Source: an uncultured Gemmatimonadales bacterium (lineage in GTDB: Bacteria > Gemmatimonadota > Gemmatimonadetes > Gemmatimonadales > GWC2-71-9). From it: a DNA stretch of 64,000 nucleotides. Shown here piece by piece: positions 59,247-64,000 of the stretch (positions are counted from its first letter, which is position 1; every line of letters starts with the position of its first letter). Where the stretch lies: assembly GCA_963821525.1 (NCBI GenBank), contig CAWGED010000010.1, positions 32,001-96,000 of the forward strand. Direction: 5' to 3'. The notes under the pieces are model-generated. The model was not told the origin of the DNA. It saw only the letters and a list, made by a program, of their open reading frames with translations, and did not search any database. Made by a program: the position numbers and the translations under genes.

Positions 59247-59693
59247 ATGCGGAAACACGTCCTGCTCTACGGACTCCTGTGCGGCGTCCTCATCGTGGCG
59301 CTCAGGCTCATCGAATACCGCTGGCTGGTCGTAGAACACTCGCTGGAGATCTATGGCGGACTGGTGGCTGCCCTCTTTGCCGGGCTGGGCATCTGGCTCG
59401 GCCTCAAGCTGACCAGGCACAAGGAGACCGTGCTGGTCAAGGAGGTGATGGTACCGGCCCCCGTCGGCTTCGTGCGGGATGAGCAGAAGCTCGAGGCGCT
59501 CGGCATCACGCCCCGCGAGCTGGAGATCCTGGAGCTGATCGCCCAGGGGCTGAGTAACAAGGAGATCGCCGCCCGGGTGTTCGTCAGCGAAAACACGGTC
59601 AAGACCCATTCGAGTCGAGTGTTCGACAAGCTCGGCGCCCGCCGCCGGACCCAGGCGGTACAGCTGGGGAAGGAGCTGCGGCTCATTCCCTGA
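59247..59693 (+). CDS. Membrane-anchored LuxR-type HTH regulator
   Basis: Two N-terminal TM segments; ITPRELEIL, GLSNKEIA, SENTVKTH. Confidence 0.92.
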   Translation: MRKHVLLYGLLCGVLIVALRLIEYRWLVVEHSLEIYGGLVAALFAGLGIWLGLKLTRHKETVLVKEVMVPAPVGFVRDEQKLEALGITPRELEILELIAQGLSNKEIAARVFVSENTVKTHSSRVFDKLGARRRTQAVQLGKELRLIP

Positions 59694-59747
59694 TCCCACT
59701 TTCGTATGATTTCCCGCCTTCTCGACCAAAATCATCCTTTTTGGTGA
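59694..59747 (+). promoter_or_regulatory. Paired imperfect 16-bp palindromes, candidate LuxR operator
   Basis: TCCCACTTTCGTATGA (59694-59709) and TCATCCTTTTTGGTGA (59732-59747) upstream of the DUF4199 gene. Confidence 0.45.
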
Positions 59748-59803
59748 CGCGCGGCAACGAGGCTGGCCGCTAGACTGACCCGTCCCCAATCACTGGAGTT
59801 GCC

Positions 59804-60337
59804 ATGCAGCGGATCGTCCTGACCTTCGGCCTCATCGCCGGCGCCATCCTCTCGGTGATGATGCTCCTGACCATCCCCTTCCATGATCAGATCGGTTTCG
59901 ACCGGGGCCTGATCATCGGCTATACCACGATGGTGCTCGCCTTCCTGATGATTTTTGCGGGGGTCAAGACCTATCGGGATAACGTCGCGGGCGGAACGGT
60001 GAGCTTCGGCAAGGCCCTTCAGGTTGGCTTGTTGATCATGCTGATCGCCTCGGTTTGCTATGTCGCCACCTGGGAATTCGTCTACCACAATCTCGCTCCC
60101 GACTACCTCGACAAGTACGCGGCATACTCCCTGGAGAAGCTGAAGCAATCCGGGGCGAGCGCCGAACAGGTCGCGGCGAAGGCCCAGGAGATGGCAAAGT
60201 TCAAGACGATGTACCAGAATCCCCTGGTGAATATCGCCTTCACGTTGCTCGAGCCCTTGCCGGTTGGCCTCCTGTTCACGCTGGTGGCGGCGGCGGTGCT
60301 GAGCCGGAAGCGCCGGACGCAGGAAGCGGTCGCGTAG
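59804..60337 (+). CDS. DUF4199 membrane protein
   Basis: GYTTMVLAF, GVKTYRD..GG.VSFGKA, EPLPVG. Confidence 0.88.
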   Translation: MQRIVLTFGLIAGAILSVMMLLTIPFHDQIGFDRGLIIGYTTMVLAFLMIFAGVKTYRDNVAGGTVSFGKALQVGLLIMLIASVCYVATWEFVYHNLAPDYLDKYAAYSLEKLKQSGASAEQVAAKAQEMAKFKTMYQNPLVNIAFTLLEPLPVGLLFTLVAAAVLSRKRRTQEAVA

Positions 60338-60377
60338 TATTGAGGATTCCGTCTGAGGGCAGGCATCCACAGTTGAT

Positions 60378-60402
60378 CACGAAGGCCACGAAGGGCACGA
60401 AA
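60378..60402. repeat. Solo arm of a CACGAAG-type element
   Basis: CACGAAGGCCACGAAGGGCACGAA; no complementary arm nearby. Confidence 0.6.
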
Positions 60403-60476
60403 CTATCCTTCACTTCCAAGGTCGGCGTGAGCGTTGGGCGAGATCAACGTAAGACAGAGAGGAAGTACTTCTTCCC

Positions 60477-61337
60477 ATGGATGTCCAGCTGTTACTTGTC
60501 CCCTACGATACTGCCCGCCGGGGCTGGCGTTGTGGCGCCGGCCCCGAGCATCTCCTGAACGCCGGCCTGATCGACCGGCTTCACGCGGGAGGCCACCGTG
60601 TCGTCGGCACCCAGCTCATCGAGGATGATCCCGCCCAGTCACCGGCCGAGATCCGGACAGCCTTCGAGCTCATGCGGCGCCTGGCGACCGCGGTTCGCGG
60701 TGCTCGGGCCGCCGGGCACTTTCCACTGATTCTGAGCGGCAACTGCAACGTGGCCGGGGTCGGCGCCCTGAGTGGGCTCACTCCGGCTGCGCGATCGGTC
60801 TTCTGGTTCGACGCCCACGGGGAGTCCAACACGCCCGACACGACAGGCAGCGGCTTCCTGGACGGGATGGGACTCTCCATCAACCTGGGTTGGTGCTGGC
60901 GGGCCTTGGCCGCTTCGGTGCCGGGGTTCCAGCCCGCCCCGGTCGAAGCCACGTTCCTGCTTGGCGCGCGCGACCTCGATCCTCTCGAAGCGGCCTCGTT
61001 GTTCGACTCCCGGGTGAACCTGGTCCCCGTCTCACGTTTGCCCGCCCTGTCCGCCCTGCTCGACCCGTCCGCCGCCATCGGCTTGAATAAGACTATCGGC
61101 TATCTCCACCTCGACCCTGACGTCTTTGACCCCGACTCGGTCGGACATGGCAACGACCATCCGGCACCCGGTGGTCTCTCGGAAGCTCAGCTCCGTAGCG
61201 CGATCGCCGAAATCCGGGGCCATGTGCCCCTCGGCGCGGCGACGATCGCCTCGTATGATCCCGCGTGCGACCAGACTCAGGCGGTGTGCCGGGCACTGTT
61301 CGCGGCGGTCGATGCACTACTCGCACCCGGGGCCTGA
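60477..61337 (+). CDS. Arginase/ureohydrolase family protein (atypical motifs)
   Basis: SGNC, WFDAHGE.NTP, LGARD, HLDPDVFDP, PGGL. Confidence 0.88.
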   Translation: MDVQLLLVPYDTARRGWRCGAGPEHLLNAGLIDRLHAGGHRVVGTQLIEDDPAQSPAEIRTAFELMRRLATAVRGARAAGHFPLILSGNCNVAGVGALSGLTPAARSVFWFDAHGESNTPDTTGSGFLDGMGLSINLGWCWRALAASVPGFQPAPVEATFLLGARDLDPLEAASLFDSRVNLVPVSRLPALSALLDPSAAIGLNKTIGYLHLDPDVFDPDSVGHGNDHPAPGGLSEAQLRSAIAEIRGHVPLGAATIASYDPACDQTQAVCRALFAAVDALLAPGA

Positions 61338-61745
61338 GTGCCTCATGAAGCTGACGAGCCCATGGAACAATCCCGGCCCCGGTACCGGATGGCTGCCGCC
61401 GCGGCGCTGGGTTGGCTCGGCATGTATGTCCACAACGTAGCCGACCTGCCACATCTCACTCTCGCGAGCCCCGAGAACCTGGTCCCCGGGCTGATATGGC
61501 TTCTGCTCCTCGGGCTTTGGTGGGCGAAGCCGAGTCGGACGCTTCCAGCCTATCTCTTGATGACTTGGGGACTGCTCAATCTCGTGGGAGGCTTCGCGAC
61601 GGTGATCCCGTTACCGGTCTGGCCCTTCAAGCCGGAGCAGTCCCTCCGCCACTATTCCTTTCATGTCCTGTACGCTCTGACCCAACTACCATTGCTTGCT
61701 CTGGTTCGGAGAGAGTTGAGCGTGTTCCGCAAGGACCACCAATGA
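61338..61745 (+). CDS. Hypothetical membrane protein
   Basis: Four TM segments, VHNVADLP, PEQSLRHY. Confidence 0.75.
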   Translation: MPHEADEPMEQSRPRYRMAAAAALGWLGMYVHNVADLPHLTLASPENLVPGLIWLLLLGLWWAKPSRTLPAYLLMTWGLLNLVGGFATVIPLPVWPFKPEQSLRHYSFHVLYALTQLPLLALVRRELSVFRKDHQ

Positions 61746-63442
61746 ACGTCCTGACCCGCTGGCTTCCCGGCGTGCAGGCGCTTCGCAGTTATGAGCCGGC
61801 GTGGCTGCGACAGGATCTGACCGCCGGTCTGGTCCTGACCACGATGCTGGTTCCGGTCGGCATCGCCTACGCGGTGGCTTCGGGACTCCCGGGGATCAAC
61901 GGTCTTTACGCGACAATCGTCCCGCTGCTGGCCTATGCCCTCTTTGGGCCGAGCCGCATTCTGGTGCTGGGACCGGATTCCTCTCTCGCACCCGTGATAC
62001 TCGCGGTCGTGCTGCCGCTCTCCGGTGGCGATCCCAACCGGGCCGTCGCCATAGCGAGCATGATGGCCATCGTGTCGGGGGCGGTGTGCATCGTGGTCGG
62101 AATGATGCGGCTGGGGTTCGTCACCGAACTGCTGTCCAAGCCGATCAGATACGGATATATGAATGGTATTGCCTTCACCGTCCTGATCAACCAGCTCCCC
62201 AAGCTATTCGGCTTTTCGATCGACAGCATCGGGCCGCTGCGCGACATCAAGCAGATCGCCGAAGCGATACTGGGTGGCCAGAGCAACTGGACCACATTCG
62301 CCGTGGGGGCGTGCACACTCGCAGCAATCCTGCTGCTCAAGCGCTTCAAGCGGCTTCCGGCCATCCTGATCGCAGTCGTGGGTGCGACGATCGTGGTCAC
62401 CTTATTTCACCTTGACCAGACCGCGGGGGTAAAGGTGCTGGGCCCCTTGCCGCAGGGGTTGCCGTCGTTCGCGTTGCCGATGCTTAGCCTCGCCGACCTC
62501 CGCCAGGTATTGATCGGCGGCGGCGCGGTCGCCCTCGTGTCCTTCGCGGATACCAGTGTGCTATCGCGGGTGTATGCCGCGAAGCTCCGGACCCCGGTGG
62601 ATCCGAACCAGGAGATGATCGGTCTGGGTGCGGCCAACCTGGCAGCGGGACTTTTTCAGGGGTTTCCGATCAGCAGCAGTTCCTCGCGCACTCCGGTCGC
62701 CGAGGCTTCGGGGGCGAAGACCCAGCTAACCGGCGTGGTAGGTGCTATCGCGGTGGCACTGCTGCTGGTCCTGGCGCCCACTCTGCTCAAGAACCTTCCC
62801 AACAGCGCCCTCGCCGCGGTGGTGATTGCGGCAGCCATCGGCCTGTTCGAGTTCCAGGACCTCGCCCGAATCTTCCGCATTCAGCGCTGGGAATTCTGGC
62901 TTTCCATCGCCTGCTTTGTCGGGGTAGCCGTCCTTGGAGTGATTCCCGGCATCGGCCTCGCGATCGCCATCGCCGTCATCGAGTTCCTGTGGGACGGCTG
63001 GCGGCCGTACCACGCGGTGCTCGGCCGGGTCAACGGCCTGCGCGGTTACCATGACATCAAGTTCTATCCCGATGCCCGCCGTATCCCCGGCCTGGTGTTG
63101 TTCCGTTGGGATGCTCCGCTTTTTTTCGCCAACGCCGAGCTGTTCCATCAGCGGTTGCTCGAGGCGGTGGCTCAATCACCGACGCCGGCGCGGCGCATCA
63201 TCGTGGCCGCCGAGCCGGTGACCAGCATAGATGTCACCTCGGCAGACATGCTGGACGAGCTCGATCAGCAGCTTCGGACATCGGAGATCGAGCTGCGGTT
63301 TGCCGAAATGAAGAGCCCGGTGCAGGACAAACTCAAGCGGTTCGAGCTGTTTGAACGCTTCGGTGCGGCCAATTTCTATCCTACTATTGGCGCCGCCATT
63401 GACGCATACCTCGCTGAACACGCGGTGGACTGGAAACCGTGA
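61742..63442 (+). CDS. SulP family anion transporter with STAS domain
   Basis: DLTAGL, PVGIAYA, GPDS, SSSSRT, APLFFANA, IDVT. Confidence 0.95.
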   Translation: MNVLTRWLPGVQALRSYEPAWLRQDLTAGLVLTTMLVPVGIAYAVASGLPGINGLYATIVPLLAYALFGPSRILVLGPDSSLAPVILAVVLPLSGGDPNRAVAIASMMAIVSGAVCIVVGMMRLGFVTELLSKPIRYGYMNGIAFTVLINQLPKLFGFSIDSIGPLRDIKQIAEAILGGQSNWTTFAVGACTLAAILLLKRFKRLPAILIAVVGATIVVTLFHLDQTAGVKVLGPLPQGLPSFALPMLSLADLRQVLIGGGAVALVSFADTSVLSRVYAAKLRTPVDPNQEMIGLGAANLAAGLFQGFPISSSSSRTPVAEASGAKTQLTGVVGAIAVALLLVLAPTLLKNLPNSALAAVVIAAAIGLFEFQDLARIFRIQRWEFWLSIACFVGVAVLGVIPGIGLAIAIAVIEFLWDGWRPYHAVLGRVNGLRGYHDIKFYPDARRIPGLVLFRWDAPLFFANAELFHQRLLEAVAQSPTPARRIIVAAEPVTSIDVTSADMLDELDQQLRTSEIELRFAEMKSPVQDKLKRFELFERFGAANFYPTIGAAIDAYLAEHAVDWKP

Positions 63443-63451
63443 GAGGGAGCG

Positions 63452-63782
63452 ATGACTGAGAGTCCCGCACCACCTTCGCCTCTGCGGCTGCCCCTGTCCC
63501 TCGTCCTGGGGTTGGTCGCGCCGCCCCTCGGACTCGTCGCGTGGATTCTTTTGAGCGGCAGCCAGCGTGACCGTCTATCTCCAGTCTCCCTGGGTCCGGG
63601 CCGGGGGTGCGATCTTCCTCGCCGGCGCCATTCCGCTGTTCGGGGTAATCGTTGCCGCGTTCATCGGCCTCTGGCCTGACCCGAACCCCAATCCCGTCGG
63701 GCTGGGATTCCTCTTCCTCGCAGCGGGCGTGTTGGGATGCCTCCTGGCACTCATCGGCGTGATCCGCTGTGAGACATCCTGA
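63452..63782 (+). pseudogene. Small membrane protein, frameshift near 63570
   Basis: TM segment in 63452-63679, continuing as PDPNPNPVGLG in 63567-63782. Confidence 0.55.
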
Positions 63783-63787
63783 TGGCG

Positions 63788-64000
63788 CTAGGCCGTCTTC
63801 GGCAACACGGTATAGACCCGTGAGATGAACCCGTGGAATTCCTTCATATAGTTGCTGAGGAACTCCCCGATCGTGTCGTCGGTAACTTCGCCGGTATCGG
63901 TGATCAGCCCCGGCGTAAACTGGATGTAGGCTTCCAGCGTGTTCATCAGCGGCGAATTGCAGAAGCAGAGAATGCTGCGCAGGTGCTGTTGTGCGACCGC
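63788..64000 (-). CDS. NADPH-dependent FMN reductase (ChrR-like), C-terminal part; runs off the window
   Basis: Minus-strand translation AVAQQHLRSILCFCNSPLM..EAYIQF...RVYTVLPKTA*. Confidence 0.85.
   Translation of the reverse strand, partial: AVAQQHLRSILCFCNSPLMNTLEAYIQFTPGLITDTGEVTDDTIGEFLSNYMKEFHGFISRVYTVLPKTA

Noticed and set aside
1..64000. Many overlapping antisense and alternate-frame ORFs in the track; rRNA, tRNA, transposase or integrase genes
   Set aside because: Shadow ORFs are expected at high GC and lack motifs; no RNA gene or recombinase signature was recognised.

Overview
GC-rich bacterial accessory region; the gene repertoire (Ser/Thr kinase-TPR, ADOP-type permease, FimT/PilV/PilW/PilX cluster) suggests Gemmatimonadota, which is inference. 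It holds roughly 75 mostly short genes, mostly on the + strand: GNATs, SnoaL, SRPBCC/ArsR, DUF1801, methyltransferases, cupins, YciI/ECF42 and hydrolases. About 14 genes carry single-base indels, probably long-read assembly error or decay. Main observations: (1) a small membrane-protein gene missed by the ORF track (46699-47058) with an in-frame TGA followed, at fdhF-like spacing, by a SECIS-like hairpin, i.e. a candidate selenoprotein; (2) one near-complete integron attC site (43-167) plus several eroded half-sites and no integrase, suggesting a decaying cassette array; (3) non-coding elements bounded by inverted arrays of ~9-bp tandem repeats, occurring as singletons, a 4-copy array and a nested insertion; (4) ECF42-type, sigma54-type and ArsR-type promoter/operator motifs; (5) several proteins with altered catalytic motifs or an unrecognised repeat domain. 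No rRNA, tRNA, CRISPR array or transposase was recognised. All family calls come from reading motifs by eye, without database searches.
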